NCBI GenBank assembly: GCA_025456205.1
Contig: JALOLA010000006.1
Span: forward strand, 10,713 to 74,712
Length of the DNA: 64,000 nt
Reading direction: 5' to 3'
DNA from: Acidobacteriota bacterium
Lineage (GTDB): Bacteria; Acidobacteriota; Aminicenantia; UBA2199
A model generated the notes under the pieces. It saw only the letters and a list, made by a program, of their open reading frames with translations, made no database searches and was not told the origin of the DNA. Shown here piece after piece: positions 11,720 to 22,239 of this stretch. How positions within the stretch are numbered: the first letter of the stretch is position 1; every line of letters starts with the position of its first letter. The position numbers were made by a program, and so were the translations under genes.

Positions 11720-12942
11720 TTTATTGGCGCGATTGACCGGTACAGCGTTTCGATTTGTCCGCTTACGGCCTTTTTGGAGAACGCTTCCAGGCAGCGGCCG
11801 CGGATGACCGCGCCATCGAATCGGACCAAGCCGCGGAATCGCAAATCCAATGCCTTTGCCAGTTCGCCGGGGTCTTTGGCCGGCACCAACAAGCCGTTCT
11901 CCGGAGTTACCATTGATTCGGGCCCACCGCAGCGAGTGGCGATGACCGGCTTGCCGCAGGCCAGGGCTTCCAGCAGCGCCATGCCGAAGGACTCCAGATG
12001 GCTGGGCAGCACGAAGCAGTCGCAGCGCCGATGAGCTTCCATTGCCTGGGAGCGACTCAACGGGCCCAACCAGCGCAGCCAGGGGTCGATCCCCATCTCT
12101 TTGCCCAATTCCCTGAATTCTTCTGCATCCACGCCCTTTCCGCCGATCTGGAATTCGACCCTGCTTTGTTCCGGGGCATTCAGTCCACCCAGGAAAATGG
12201 CCGCGGCTTGCAGCAGGTCGCGGATGCCCTTATCGATCCTGAGGGTGCCCAGCGAAAAAAAGACGAATTTGTCCGCGTTCCCACTTCCTGTAGCGCCGGG
12301 ATTGAAAAAATCCTCATCCACCATGTTGGGGATGACGTGCGGTTTGGGAAAGCCGCAGGCGGCGATGCGCTCAGCTTGGGAGGGGCTTACGGCGATGACC
12401 GCCTGGGCGCGGCGCAGCGGCTCGCTGATGGTTTCCTTTATGGTGCCATTGGCGTTGCGGAATTCAACAAAGGGAAAATCCCCCATATGCTCGGTGATTA
12501 GGTAGGGAAGCTGGAAAAGCAGGCTCAGCTTCATGGCGATCCAACCGCCGGGAAAAGTTACATGTGCGTGAATGAGATCCACATGGCCGAAATCGATGCG
12601 GACGCGCCGCAGGATCTTGCGACAGGCCCGCTCCTGACCCAGGATGTTCCCCATTTTCCATTTTTTAGACCATTCAATCGTCGGCCGGCGGTATTCGCAG
12701 ACGTTGGGCGACAAAAAGTGCTTTTTGGCCTTGAACTGCGAAAAAAGAAAATCGGCCAGCACCGCCGCGGTTTTCAACGGATTACTCGCGGAAAGAGTGT
12801 AGCGGCGCTGCCCCCAGACGGCGACGGCGATCTTCCAGCCTGGACGCATCTGTCCAAGACCGATGGCCTGCTCTTTGATGAAGATCCCTCGAAGGGATTC
12901 TCCTGGCCAGGGATACCACGAAGGGATGATGAGGATGTTCAT
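11716..12942 (-). CDS. GT4 glycosyltransferase
   Basis: MNILIIPSWYP, IHAH, ITEH, ESFGMALLEALACG; ATG 12942 overlaps the upstream stop. Confidence 0.9.
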   Translation of the reverse strand: MNILIIPSWYPWPGESLRGIFIKEQAIGLGQMRPGWKIAVAVWGQRRYTLSASNPLKTAAVLADFLFSQFKAKKHFLSPNVCEYRRPTIEWSKKWKMGNILGQERACRKILRRVRIDFGHVDLIHAHVTFPGGWIAMKLSLLFQLPYLITEHMGDFPFVEFRNANGTIKETISEPLRRAQAVIAVSPSQAERIAACGFPKPHVIPNMVDEDFFNPGATGSGNADKFVFFSLGTLRIDKGIRDLLQAAAIFLGGLNAPEQSRVEFQIGGKGVDAEEFRELGKEMGIDPWLRWLGPLSRSQAMEAHRRCDCFVLPSHLESFGMALLEALACGKPVIATRCGGPESMVTPENGLLVPAKDPGELAKALDLRFRGLVRFDGAVIRGRCLEAFSKKAVSGQIETLYRSIAPIK

Positions 12943-13952
12943 GCCCCACCGCCCCTGTTGCGCTTCCATCCAAGTGCCAGAGCGAGATTGGCCAAAAAAT
13001 GAACGGCGCTCACGCGGATTCTTTGCAGGTGATGATACAACGGCATCAGCTTGTTCAGCAGCAGATAAAGGCGGGCGGGATTTTTGGCTGACGGCCATAT
13101 GGCCATGGCTTTTTTCAAGTGCGTGTCCCCCATGCCGTACCAGCCCCGGCCGCGGCTTACGACACGGCCAAACCAGATGTGGCGGTGAGCCAACCTTTTG
13201 CTGGCATTGGCGGTCCATCCCGCATCATCCAGTAGGCCCTTGCTGCCAAGCTCAAGGAAAAGCTGCGCCAGAACTGTCTGGGCTTCTTTTTGGTGGGGCC
13301 CCGCTTTTTGGCTTCCCTGCCCGGGATGGATTCGCCATCCGGCGAGAGGCAAAGGCACGCGGCCGAATTCGTAGCGCTGCAACAGGCGAAACCACATCTC
13401 CATGTCCTGGGAATACCGCAACTCCTCGTTAAAAAGCCCGACTGAATCGAAGCATGCGCGCCTGACCATCAATGTGGAGCCGTTGATGTACTGGCGGCCG
13501 AACAGCGCCTTCAGCGCTTCGTGCCGGGGCAGCCAGGGGGTGGCGACCTTGCCGGTTATCGCGCCAACGGCATCGATGAGGAAATAATCGGCATAGCAGG
13601 CGGCGATGTCTTTGCCGCCCAGCAACGTTTCGGCCTGTAGTGCGGTCTTTTCGGGCAGGAAGATGTCATCGTGGCTCAGCCAGGAGAAATAGGCGCCACG
13701 CATCTCCCTCAGCCCGAGGTTGAGGGCGCTGGCCACGCCGCCGTTTTCCTTGGCGAAGTAGCGAATGCGCTCCCCGTAGGCAAGGGCGATCTTCGCGGTT
13801 TCGCCGCCGTCGTTGGAACCGTCATTGACGACCAGCACCTCGATCTGGGGATAGGTCTGGGCCAGGGCGCTGTCGATGGCTTCCCGCAAATAGTTGCTGC
13901 CATTGTAAACGGGGATGACGATGGAGACCAGCGGAGTGTTTCTGCTATTCAT
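12939..13952 (-). CDS. GT2 glycosyltransferase
   Basis: VIPVYNG, VNDGSND, WLSHDD. Confidence 0.9.
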   Translation of the reverse strand: MNSRNTPLVSIVIPVYNGSNYLREAIDSALAQTYPQIEVLVVNDGSNDGGETAKIALAYGERIRYFAKENGGVASALNLGLREMRGAYFSWLSHDDIFLPEKTALQAETLLGGKDIAACYADYFLIDAVGAITGKVATPWLPRHEALKALFGRQYINGSTLMVRRACFDSVGLFNEELRYSQDMEMWFRLLQRYEFGRVPLPLAGWRIHPGQGSQKAGPHQKEAQTVLAQLFLELGSKGLLDDAGWTANASKRLAHRHIWFGRVVSRGRGWYGMGDTHLKKAMAIWPSAKNPARLYLLLNKLMPLYHHLQRIRVSAVHFLANLALALGWKRNRGGGA

Positions 13953-13965
13953 TTCCCAGGGTCAT

Positions 13966-15225
13966 TCATCCAGGCATTCGCTCCTTGTGCCGCGCAATCG
14001 CATCCTGGTAAAACTGCAAATTGCGCATGACGTACAAGGGAAAGGAATATTCCTCTTCGGCGATCTTGCGTCCCTGCTGCCCCATCGTTATCCTCAGGTC
14101 GTCTTCTTCAAGCAATCTGGATATGGCTGCGGCCAGCGCCTCGCTGTTCATCGCCGGGACGGTCAATCCCCCGCGTGGCGCCTGGATTATTTCTGGCAGG
14201 GCGGTGCCGTCGCATACGATGACTGGAGTTCCGCATGCCAATGCTTCCACTGCCATCAGTCCAAATGCCTCTTGAATCGACGGCATTACGAACAGGTCCG
14301 CTGCACTCAAAGCGTCCACGAGGTTCTCGCCATCGAGCCAGCCGCGATCGTAGACCCGGAATTTTGGTTCCAAGCTGGAAAATTCGGAACCATCTTGTAG
14401 GATCAATAAACTGGCGGGTTTTTGCGTTTCGATAAGATCCAAGGCCTCCTTGAGCCAGCGCATGCCTTTATATAGATATTGGTCAGATCCTGACTTGATG
14501 CCTCTGAAAGCGATTATTTTTTGCTCGGGGGCCAGGCCCAATCGCTTGCGCGATTCCTGCTTGGAACGAGGAGTGAATGCCTGCAAATCGATGCCAAAAG
14601 GAATAAGCCGGCAGGGGAATCGATTGAGCAACGGACTCTTTTTGACCCGTTCGAATGTCCATTTTGAAGCAACGACCAGATTTAAATCAGCGTGTCCGTA
14701 GATTTTCTTTTTGATGCGCCAGTGCATGGCCGGGATATGGTGGCGAAACACGGAGTGGCCTCTCGGATGAGGGCAACGGCCCCGACAGCCAGTCAGCCAC
14801 TTGTCGCACTCAAATGAATGAAGGCACATTCCCGTCAGGGCCCAACTATCATGGATGGTCCAAACAATAGGCTTTAATCGGGACAACCGGGGCAAGGATA
14901 ATATGCTGAAGAACGCATCATTTTGAATGAGTTGAAGATGGATGACGTCCGAGCGGTGGAAATATGATTGATCGGAGAGTATTGAACCCCCTATGCCAGT
15001 GAGCCCATCCAAGCCCAGTCGGGTGTCAAACTGCCTGGCAATATTGTCCCATAACCAAAGTGGGCTCGGCTTTAGGGGGCGCAAGCCGTGGATGTGCGGC
15101 TGATCTGACGTTCGCCTCCAAACCGCCATTTCGGCATGGTCGTCATTGGCAAGGAAACGATTCATGTAGAATCCGGTGAACCTCCCGCCTAACAGATCCG
15201 TGTTGCTCACATGCAGGATGTTCAA
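13966..15225 (-). CDS. GT4 glycosyltransferase (WcaC-like)
   Basis: VWTIHDSWALTGMC..C...C..CP, EAFGLMAVEALACG; start uncertain (TTG 15225 or GTG 15273). Confidence 0.85.
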   Translation of the reverse strand: MNILHVSNTDLLGGRFTGFYMNRFLANDDHAEMAVWRRTSDQPHIHGLRPLKPSPLWLWDNIARQFDTRLGLDGLTGIGGSILSDQSYFHRSDVIHLQLIQNDAFFSILSLPRLSRLKPIVWTIHDSWALTGMCLHSFECDKWLTGCRGRCPHPRGHSVFRHHIPAMHWRIKKKIYGHADLNLVVASKWTFERVKKSPLLNRFPCRLIPFGIDLQAFTPRSKQESRKRLGLAPEQKIIAFRGIKSGSDQYLYKGMRWLKEALDLIETQKPASLLILQDGSEFSSLEPKFRVYDRGWLDGENLVDALSAADLFVMPSIQEAFGLMAVEALACGTPVIVCDGTALPEIIQAPRGGLTVPAMNSEALAAAISRLLEEDDLRITMGQQGRKIAEEEYSFPLYVMRNLQFYQDAIARHKERMPG

Positions 15226-15238
15226 TGCCTTTGCCTGA

Positions 15239-16060
15239 TCAGTCTGATTTTCGTCCTGGATGCTTGGCCACAAAAAAACCGCGCGAACTAGAATTGTGTT
15301 CGGTTTGAATCATGCTCATTTCATAGCCGTATCGATAGAGGAATTTTTGTACGTTGAACATCATGGCAATGTTGTGGATCTCGATGAATAGGATGGGTTT
15401 CTCTGATAACAGCAGCTCCGAACTGCCTTTCAAAACAGCTTGCTCGGCGCCCTCCACGTCGATTTTGATCGCAGAAGGAATCGGTGCAAGATTGTCGAGG
15501 ATCATGGTGTCTGCTTTGATGGTGCGGACTTGAATCTGCGCAAATGATCGATAGGCATTCGCGTTTTCAGGTGGGATGATCCTATCTAAGTGGCTTCCGG
15601 AACTTCGGCCATTGTCCACTTCGGGACTGAAGATGAATGTTTCTTCTCCATCCGAATCAGACAGTGCATAGTTGAATGTGGTGACTCGTTGCGCCAGAGC
15701 GGGATTCTTCTCCAAGTTCTTTCGAAAACGTGCAAGGTTGTAAGGGTTGGGTTCAAATGCAACAACGCGTCCGGAGAGCCCAACCAATGAAGCGAAGGCA
15801 AGCGAATGGTAGCCGATATGTGCGCCCACGTCCCATATGGTGCTCGATTCGATCCCACCCAACTTCCTGATTGCCTGAAAAAAGAAAGAGTCGTAGCCGC
15901 CTTCCATCATCTCCCGGTTCCAGGATGCGGAAGACTTGGAAGCAAGAAACAGCGAGTGCCCGCGCAGCGGCCCTGCGGAAACCTCGACCCAATCAGGCCC
16001 CGAAGTCTCTTTTCTTGCTCTTAATTTAGAACACCAGCGATGCAAAAGATTTTTTTTCAT
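15239..16060 (-). CDS. FkbM family methyltransferase
   Basis: WDVGAHIG, FEPNP, IKIDVEGAE. Confidence 0.9.
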   Translation of the reverse strand: MKKNLLHRWCSKLRARKETSGPDWVEVSAGPLRGHSLFLASKSSASWNREMMEGGYDSFFFQAIRKLGGIESSTIWDVGAHIGYHSLAFASLVGLSGRVVAFEPNPYNLARFRKNLEKNPALAQRVTTFNYALSDSDGEETFIFSPEVDNGRSSGSHLDRIIPPENANAYRSFAQIQVRTIKADTMILDNLAPIPSAIKIDVEGAEQAVLKGSSELLLSEKPILFIEIHNIAMMFNVQKFLYRYGYEMSMIQTEHNSSSRGFFVAKHPGRKSD

Positions 16061-16082
16061 TTAGAGAGAATTCATTTTAATT

Positions 16083-17921
16083 TCAATCCAATACTCGCCT
16101 GAACCAAAAACTGGAGGGCCATACGTCAGGGTAAAACGGATAATCTTTTCCCAAGTCCCGAAACGCGGGAAAGACCTTTTCCAAAGCAGCGGGATAATTT
16201 ACATGCATGAAGCTGCTTCCCCACAGGACTTCAAAGGCTGGATTGAAGCTCAAGAAAGCCTGCAAAATATATTGTTCGGTCCAAAAAAAACGATCTTTAA
16301 ATGTCCATTTTTTGGGGTATTCCCTGGGGATAAAAATATCATGGATGTGAATGATCACTCCTTTTTTCAGTCGCGGAATGATCTCGAGAAAAATGTAGTT
16401 GACGTCGCCGCCGATCTGAATGACATGCGTTGAGTCAATAAAAAGGATGTCATTTGCCCTCAACTTTGAGAAGTAATCGAGATCCACGTCTTGCAGCTTT
16501 TTTTCCATCAAACCGGATAGCCCTTGAAAACCTGATCGGACAATTTTATTCGGATGTGGGTCTATTGAGAATAATTCCGTTTTGACCTGGTTTTTTCCCC
16601 AATTCATGAGGCATGCCCGTGCCGCCAAATACGTGGTCGATCCTGATCCGACTTCGATTATTGTTTTGGGTTTAAAGTAGCGAATCATGCAGTGGAATAC
16701 TTCAGCGTCCACTGTCAGGAAAGCGCCATTTTTTCGGTAGAATTCGTGGGCAATGGCTGTCTGTTCCCGGGGGAACCCCCATTCTTCCGTGAACGGGGGG
16801 AATTTTTCGGTCAGAAGTTCATGCTGTTTCTTTATGTTCATGTCAATGCCGACAAGTTCCGATGTCTTTTTCCAGATCTCATCTCCAAGCGTTCTGGTGT
16901 CGGGAATCGGCTGATGGAAATGAACGGGGACGATATGGAACCCCAAATTCTGCCAGTGGTCAAAATTTTGGGTCTCCTTAGCTATCCTTGGAAGGCAAAA
17001 TGTTGCCATCTGGCGGAAGAAAGAATTTTTTTTGTGCGTAACGCCTTGCAGCAAAGTGCGACCCATTTTAATGCAAAATCCGAGTCCCCTGCGGAAGGGA
17101 TTATTCTGGCGACGGCGGGACATGTCTCGAGAAAATGCATATTCAAAACGCTCGGGCTGTGTTTGGGCAGAGGGGAGAACCGGAAATCCCATTGTGAAGG
17201 CGTTGGTCCATGCGTCATTGCTTTCTTCCAAAGAAGTTGACATGGGAAGGGCTGGAACAAAAAAGTGTCCCCCAATGGCTAGAAACCCGCAATCCTTCAT
17301 GTAATTATGCAGCGACTGGCTTGTATAGCGATTGCAATGCATTCCGGATGTTTCTTCGTATTCATCACTGGTATCTCTGGCCCTCGGATTTAATCCATCG
17401 CGAATCACATCATTGTCTATTGGATATATCGGGGTATTGATGACGATAATTGCCCGGGCCGCCAGAACATCGTGCATCCGTTTCAATATCTCAGTCAGCT
17501 CTGAGCGCGGGACATGCTCAATAAAATCCAGCATCAATACGATATCGAAACTTTTATTATCCTCTTCTTTTGCATAGGATTTGAAAAAGTGAAGAGCATC
17601 ATCACAATAAAGATCAGCGGCTACTTGGTAATGGTTTAGAAATTCTTTGGCGATCGCATGGGCGTCGGGAGAAAAATCAACTCCAACGACTTTGGCGGCC
17701 CCTCTTTCTTTGGCATACTTGATCATTGCTCCCCGCCCATGCCCAAGATCAAGAACCGTCTTCCCGCTGAAATCCACACGCTGGAGAATATTCAAGTCGA
17801 ATTCACGAACCTTGCCTTTTTTAAATTCTTCAACCCCCTCGGCGCCATAAAGGGTTGGATTGCCCAAGGGGTCTTTTTTTAGGAAGTATGCCTTGGTATA
17901 CTTGTGCCTCACGAAACCCAT
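16083..17921 (-). CDS. Two-domain class I SAM methyltransferase fusion
   Basis: N domain VLDLGHGRG...DFIEHV; C domain IEVGSG, FIDSTH, IHIHDIF, WTEQY. Confidence 0.8.
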   Translation of the reverse strand: MGFVRHKYTKAYFLKKDPLGNPTLYGAEGVEEFKKGKVREFDLNILQRVDFSGKTVLDLGHGRGAMIKYAKERGAAKVVGVDFSPDAHAIAKEFLNHYQVAADLYCDDALHFFKSYAKEEDNKSFDIVLMLDFIEHVPRSELTEILKRMHDVLAARAIIVINTPIYPIDNDVIRDGLNPRARDTSDEYEETSGMHCNRYTSQSLHNYMKDCGFLAIGGHFFVPALPMSTSLEESNDAWTNAFTMGFPVLPSAQTQPERFEYAFSRDMSRRRQNNPFRRGLGFCIKMGRTLLQGVTHKKNSFFRQMATFCLPRIAKETQNFDHWQNLGFHIVPVHFHQPIPDTRTLGDEIWKKTSELVGIDMNIKKQHELLTEKFPPFTEEWGFPREQTAIAHEFYRKNGAFLTVDAEVFHCMIRYFKPKTIIEVGSGSTTYLAARACLMNWGKNQVKTELFSIDPHPNKIVRSGFQGLSGLMEKKLQDVDLDYFSKLRANDILFIDSTHVIQIGGDVNYIFLEIIPRLKKGVIIHIHDIFIPREYPKKWTFKDRFFWTEQYILQAFLSFNPAFEVLWGSSFMHVNYPAALEKVFPAFRDLGKDYPFYPDVWPSSFWFRRVLD

Positions 17922-17934
17922 GCAGCCTCGTCTC

Positions 17935-19230
17935 CTATAGTTTATCCTCGTCTAAAAGACTTGTCGCCCAGGCAAATTTTGGCCGGACAACCCCCGCCCA
18001 TCCTTTTGAATATTCCTTTTTCATTTCCCCGGTTTCATGGACCGCAAAAAAAATAACCCCATTGCCCTGGATGTCCTGCCATTCATCCCGGGTATTGGCA
18101 ATACCGACATCGACTGAATAACCTTCATTGTTTAAGAAATTGGCGGGAATTTTGCATGTGGACCTATACAGGCCTTTAGGGCGTGGTTTCCCCGCCCATT
18201 CGTCTTTTAACAGATTCGCCGACGGCCAGTTGACGGAAACAAAGACGATCGAATTCAATTTGTCACGCAATTGAATGCCTACATATAGAGGTTGGCCTTG
18301 CTTAAGATTCCAATAATCAATTTCAATTTCAATTTCCTTGTCAATAAGTACATTGGCTGACACTTCACCGGCACTTCTGATCCGTACGGCTTTTATGTGC
18401 ACATTCTCGTTACCTGGAGACGATTCAATGTCCGTCCAGGCCATTTCTCCCTGGGATTTGGCGCCTTGCGAAACATACTTCGATATGGCTTCATGGCTGT
18501 TGCCCGAAAAAGCCATCTTCCCCTTGTCAAGCCAAATGGCATGAGAACAGAGATTGGCTATGGCGCCCATATTGTGGCTGATAAAAAGAATGGTTCGTCC
18601 TTGCTTGGCCACGTCACCCATTTTGCCCAGGCACTTTTTTTGAAATTCGGCATCCCCTACGGCCAGGACTTCGTCGATGAGAAGAATTTCCGGCTCCAGG
18701 TGAGCGGCCACTGAGAAGGCCAGGCGAACGTACATGCCTGAGGAATAGCGTTTGACCGGGGTGTCGAGAAATTTCTCCACTTCCGCGAAAGCCACGATCT
18801 CATCGAACTTGCGGCGGATCTCGGCGCGGCGCATGCCCAGGATGGCGCCGTTGAGAAAAATGTTCTCCCGGCCGGTCAGTTCGGGATGGAACCCTGTGCC
18901 CACTTCGAGCAGGCTGGCCACGCGGCCGCGGATCTCCGCCCGGCCCTCGCTGGGCTCGGTGATGCGGCTGAGGATCTTCAGCAGCGTGGTCTTGCCGGCG
19001 CCGTTGCGGCCGATGATGCCGAGTTTGTCGCCGGGCTTCACCTCGAACGAAATATCGCGCAGGGCCCAGAATTCTTCCCTTTTAGGTGCGGTGGCTTTTT
19101 GCAGCAGCCGCTTGGCATTGCCGGCCAGCATGTCGCGCAGCGTCTCGTAGCGCGGCCGCGACTGGTGGCGCAACAGGTATTTCTTGCCCAGCCCGTTGGC
19201 GCGGATGATCGGTTCCGTTTCAGATGACAT
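17935..19230 (-). CDS. wzt: Polysaccharide ABC transporter ATPase with C-terminal Wzt_C domain
   Basis: GRNGAGKTT, YSSGMYVRLAF, DEVLAVGD, plus a long C-terminal extension. Confidence 0.92.
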   Translation of the reverse strand: MSSETEPIIRANGLGKKYLLRHQSRPRYETLRDMLAGNAKRLLQKATAPKREEFWALRDISFEVKPGDKLGIIGRNGAGKTTLLKILSRITEPSEGRAEIRGRVASLLEVGTGFHPELTGRENIFLNGAILGMRRAEIRRKFDEIVAFAEVEKFLDTPVKRYSSGMYVRLAFSVAAHLEPEILLIDEVLAVGDAEFQKKCLGKMGDVAKQGRTILFISHNMGAIANLCSHAIWLDKGKMAFSGNSHEAISKYVSQGAKSQGEMAWTDIESSPGNENVHIKAVRIRSAGEVSANVLIDKEIEIEIDYWNLKQGQPLYVGIQLRDKLNSIVFVSVNWPSANLLKDEWAGKPRPKGLYRSTCKIPANFLNNEGYSVDVGIANTRDEWQDIQGNGVIFFAVHETGEMKKEYSKGWAGVVRPKFAWATSLLDEDKL

Positions 19231-20062
19231 CGGCGAAATAGCGCTCGGTGCGGCGGAAATAAATAAGGCCGGAGGCGAAAACCAGCAGTATCAGCAGGAG
19301 CGACAACCAGAAGCCGGCCCAGTAGATCTCCGCCTTCCCGCGCAGCAGTGACCAGCGGAAGCCGTCGATGATGCCCACCAGCGGGTTCAGTGAATACAAA
19401 AGCCGCCAGCGCTCGGGGATGACGGCGCTGCTGAATCCGACCGGTGAGATATACAAGCCGAACTGGACGACGAAAGGGACGATGTAGCGGAAATCACGGT
19501 ACTTGACGTTCAGGGCCGAGAACCAGAAGCCGCAGCCAAGGGCCAGCAGCAGGGCCAGGAGCAGGAAGATGGGAACAAAGAGGATACGCGCATCCGGAAG
19601 ATACCCGTACCCGGCCATCAGGACCAGCAGCAGCGCCAGGGAAATGAGGAAGTCCAGCAGGTTGACCATGACCGAGGAGACAGGGATGATCAGTCGTGGA
19701 AAATAGATCTTGGAGATCAGGTGGGTGTTCCCCAACAGACTGTTGCTGCTGTCTCCCAGGGCGCCAGCAAAGAGCTGCCAGGGCAGCATGGCCGCGAAAA
19801 CCAAGACCGGGTAAGGGATGCCCGCCGACGGCAGCTTGGCCAGCCGCCCGAACACCAGCGAAAAGACCGCGATGGTCAGCAGTGGTCGCAGCAGGCTCCA
19901 AGCCATTCCCAGCACGGCCTGCTTGTAGCGAACCAGGATGTCGCGCCAGGAGAGGAACAGGAAGAGCTCGCGGTAGTTCCACAGGTCGCGGAAGAACTGC
20001 CGGCGGCCCTTGCCGGCCTCGATGATCAGCAGTGGAGTCGTCCTAGCGCTGGCGGCTGCCAT
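19220..20062 (-). CDS. wzm: Polysaccharide ABC transporter permease
   Basis: RDILVRYKQ, KIYFPR, YRDFRY, LNPLVG; start at ATG 20062. Confidence 0.92.
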   Translation of the reverse strand: MAAASARTTPLLIIEAGKGRRQFFRDLWNYRELFLFLSWRDILVRYKQAVLGMAWSLLRPLLTIAVFSLVFGRLAKLPSAGIPYPVLVFAAMLPWQLFAGALGDSSNSLLGNTHLISKIYFPRLIIPVSSVMVNLLDFLISLALLLVLMAGYGYLPDARILFVPIFLLLALLLALGCGFWFSALNVKYRDFRYIVPFVVQFGLYISPVGFSSAVIPERWRLLYSLNPLVGIIDGFRWSLLRGKAEIYWAGFWLSLLLILLVFASGLIYFRRTERYFADVI

Positions 20063-20915
20063 TTTTATCGGCCAGGACGATGTCCTGGGAAGAGAGAAAG
20101 TGGCCGCGCCCGCTCCAGGAGCCATAGCGGACAGGCTCGCGGATAACCAGGCCGGCTTCGTGGTACATGGTGCGGATCGTGGCTTCCTCGTGGGCGATGC
20201 TGGCCTCGGGCAGCTTGGGGTCGATGGCCAGGCTGGAGCCGAAGGGATGGCGGAAACGGCTGTTCATTTTTTCCAGGCGCCCGCGCGTTTCCCCGTCCAG
20301 CAGGAAATAGGTCGTCAGCAGCCGGCCGCCGGGCCGCAGGACCCGCGATATCTCCCGGAGATAATTCTCGATGTCCTGGATCAGCATGTGGGTGAACACG
20401 GAGGTGAGAAAAACGAAGTCGAACTGTTCGCCGGCGAAGGGGAGGCGGAAGGACGCGGCTGCCAGCCGCCCCCCGGGGTTGGTCTGTTGGTTGAGCACGT
20501 CGACATGCTGGAAATTGAAGCGCGGGAAGCGGGGGGTGATGTTCTTCCGGCACCAGGCCACTTCAGCCGGCGCGATGTCGAAGCCCTCGTAGCTTCCCGT
20601 ATCATCGAGATAGGTGGTCAACGGGATGGCCATGCGGCCGACGCCGCAGCCGACCTCCAGCACTTTCTCGGCGGGGCGCAGATGGCCGAGCTCGATGAAG
20701 TATTGGAGGAACTCGCGGCCGATGGCCGCGAAATCGCCGTCGCCCACCGTCATCAGCGAGCGGGGCGGTTGCAGGCCGTCCCTGCCCGGGCGCAGGAGAA
20801 CCGCCAAGTCTTGGGGAAGATAGTACAGCCGCCGCAGCAGCGGGAAGCGATAATAGCCCCGGCGCAGGAGCGACTGCATCCCGGCCGGGAGATATTTTCG
20901 CGCCAGCCTCTTCAT
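20043..20915 (-). CDS. Class I SAM-dependent methyltransferase
   Basis: VLEVGCGVGR, SVFTHM, LRPGG. Confidence 0.88.
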   Translation of the reverse strand: MKRLARKYLPAGMQSLLRRGYYRFPLLRRLYYLPQDLAVLLRPGRDGLQPPRSLMTVGDGDFAAIGREFLQYFIELGHLRPAEKVLEVGCGVGRMAIPLTTYLDDTGSYEGFDIAPAEVAWCRKNITPRFPRFNFQHVDVLNQQTNPGGRLAAASFRLPFAGEQFDFVFLTSVFTHMLIQDIENYLREISRVLRPGGRLLTTYFLLDGETRGRLEKMNSRFRHPFGSSLAIDPKLPEASIAHEEATIRTMYHEAGLVIREPVRYGSWSGRGHFLSSQDIVLADKNGSRQR

Positions 20916-22024
20916 TTGCAGCTGGAGATGATCGCGGCGATCCTTTCCTGGTCGGCTTTTTCGATATAGGGGTGCATGGGCAGGCTGAATATCTCCCCGG
21001 CGATCCTTTCGGCAACGGGGAAATCGCCCTCGCGGTAGCCCAGGTGGGAGAACGCCTCCTGCAGGTGCAGGGGGATGGGGTAGTAGATGGCGGTGGGGAT
21101 GCCGTTCTCGCGCAGCCTGCGGATGACTTCGTCGCGGCGGGGGTGCAGCACCGAGTACTGGGCCCAGGCGGAGACATTCCCGGGCAGGATCCTGGGAGTT
21201 TTCACGGCCCCGACCAGAAGTTGGTCATAGCGGGCGGCCGCTTCCTGGCGCATGCCGATCTCCTCAGGGAAGATCTCCATCTTGGCCAGCAGCACCGCTG
21301 CCTGCAGCGAGTCCATGCGGCCGTTGATGCCGACGCGCACGTTGGTGTACTTGTCGGCGCCCTGGCCGTGCACGCGGATGGAGAGCAGGCGTTCGAGGGT
21401 GTCCTTGTCGCTGGTGAAGATCATGCCGCCGTCGCCATAGCAGCCCAGGGGCTTGGCCGGGAAAAAACTGGTGCCGGCGACACGGGCCAGGGCGCCCGCC
21501 TTCCTGCCCTCCTGGCTGGAGCCGAAGCTCTGGGCGGCGTCCTCAAGAACAAACAGCCGATGCTTGTCGGCGATGGCCTGGATGGCCTTGTAGTCGGCGG
21601 GCTGGCCGAAAAGGTCGACAGGCATGATCCCCCGCGGCGTGAGCTTTTTTGCGGCAATGGTTTTTTGGACCGCTTTCTCGAGACTTGCCGGGTCGATGTT
21701 GAACGTTTCCGGATCGATGTCGACGAATACCGGCGTCGCCCCGGTGAGGGCGACGGCGCCGGCGCTGGCGATGAACGTGAACGTGGGGACGAAAACGGCG
21801 TCGCCCGGGCCCGTTTTTTCGGCCATCAGGGGCATGAGCAGGGCGTCGGTGCCGCTGGCGACCGAAACCGCATGGGGCATGCCGACATAGGCGGCGAGCT
21901 TCTGCTCGATCTCCTGGATCTCCGGGCCCAGGATATACTGGCCATGGTCCAGGATCTTCCGGAACCCGGCCTCGATCTGGGCGCGGATCCGCTTCTGCTG
22001 TGCCGCCAGGTCGATGAATTGCAT
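20912..22024 (-). CDS. DegT/DnrJ/EryC1/StrS sugar aminotransferase (WbpE-like)
   Basis: MQFIDL, EDAAQSFG, SFFPAKPLGCYGDGG. Confidence 0.92.
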   Translation of the reverse strand: MQFIDLAAQQKRIRAQIEAGFRKILDHGQYILGPEIQEIEQKLAAYVGMPHAVSVASGTDALLMPLMAEKTGPGDAVFVPTFTFIASAGAVALTGATPVFVDIDPETFNIDPASLEKAVQKTIAAKKLTPRGIMPVDLFGQPADYKAIQAIADKHRLFVLEDAAQSFGSSQEGRKAGALARVAGTSFFPAKPLGCYGDGGMIFTSDKDTLERLLSIRVHGQGADKYTNVRVGINGRMDSLQAAVLLAKMEIFPEEIGMRQEAAARYDQLLVGAVKTPRILPGNVSAWAQYSVLHPRRDEVIRRLRENGIPTAIYYPIPLHLQEAFSHLGYREGDFPVAERIAGEIFSLPMHPYIEKADQERIAAIISSCK

Positions 22025-22239
22025 GGTCTGTCTCCTTAGTTGGTCGATCGCTTCGCTGTCACGCCGCGCCTGGCGGCCTGGAGCGTTTTCATCCTAAGCT
22101 GCCGCCGCTGAGCATTGCCGGTCCGACGAATAGGCATGCTGAAACATTGGCTCAAGCCGGTCCGCAAAGATGATACCTTATTTGGCCGGGCTTGGCAATT
22201 TGGCTTGGGCCGTGATCGGGACCGGCCGGAGGGGGATTT

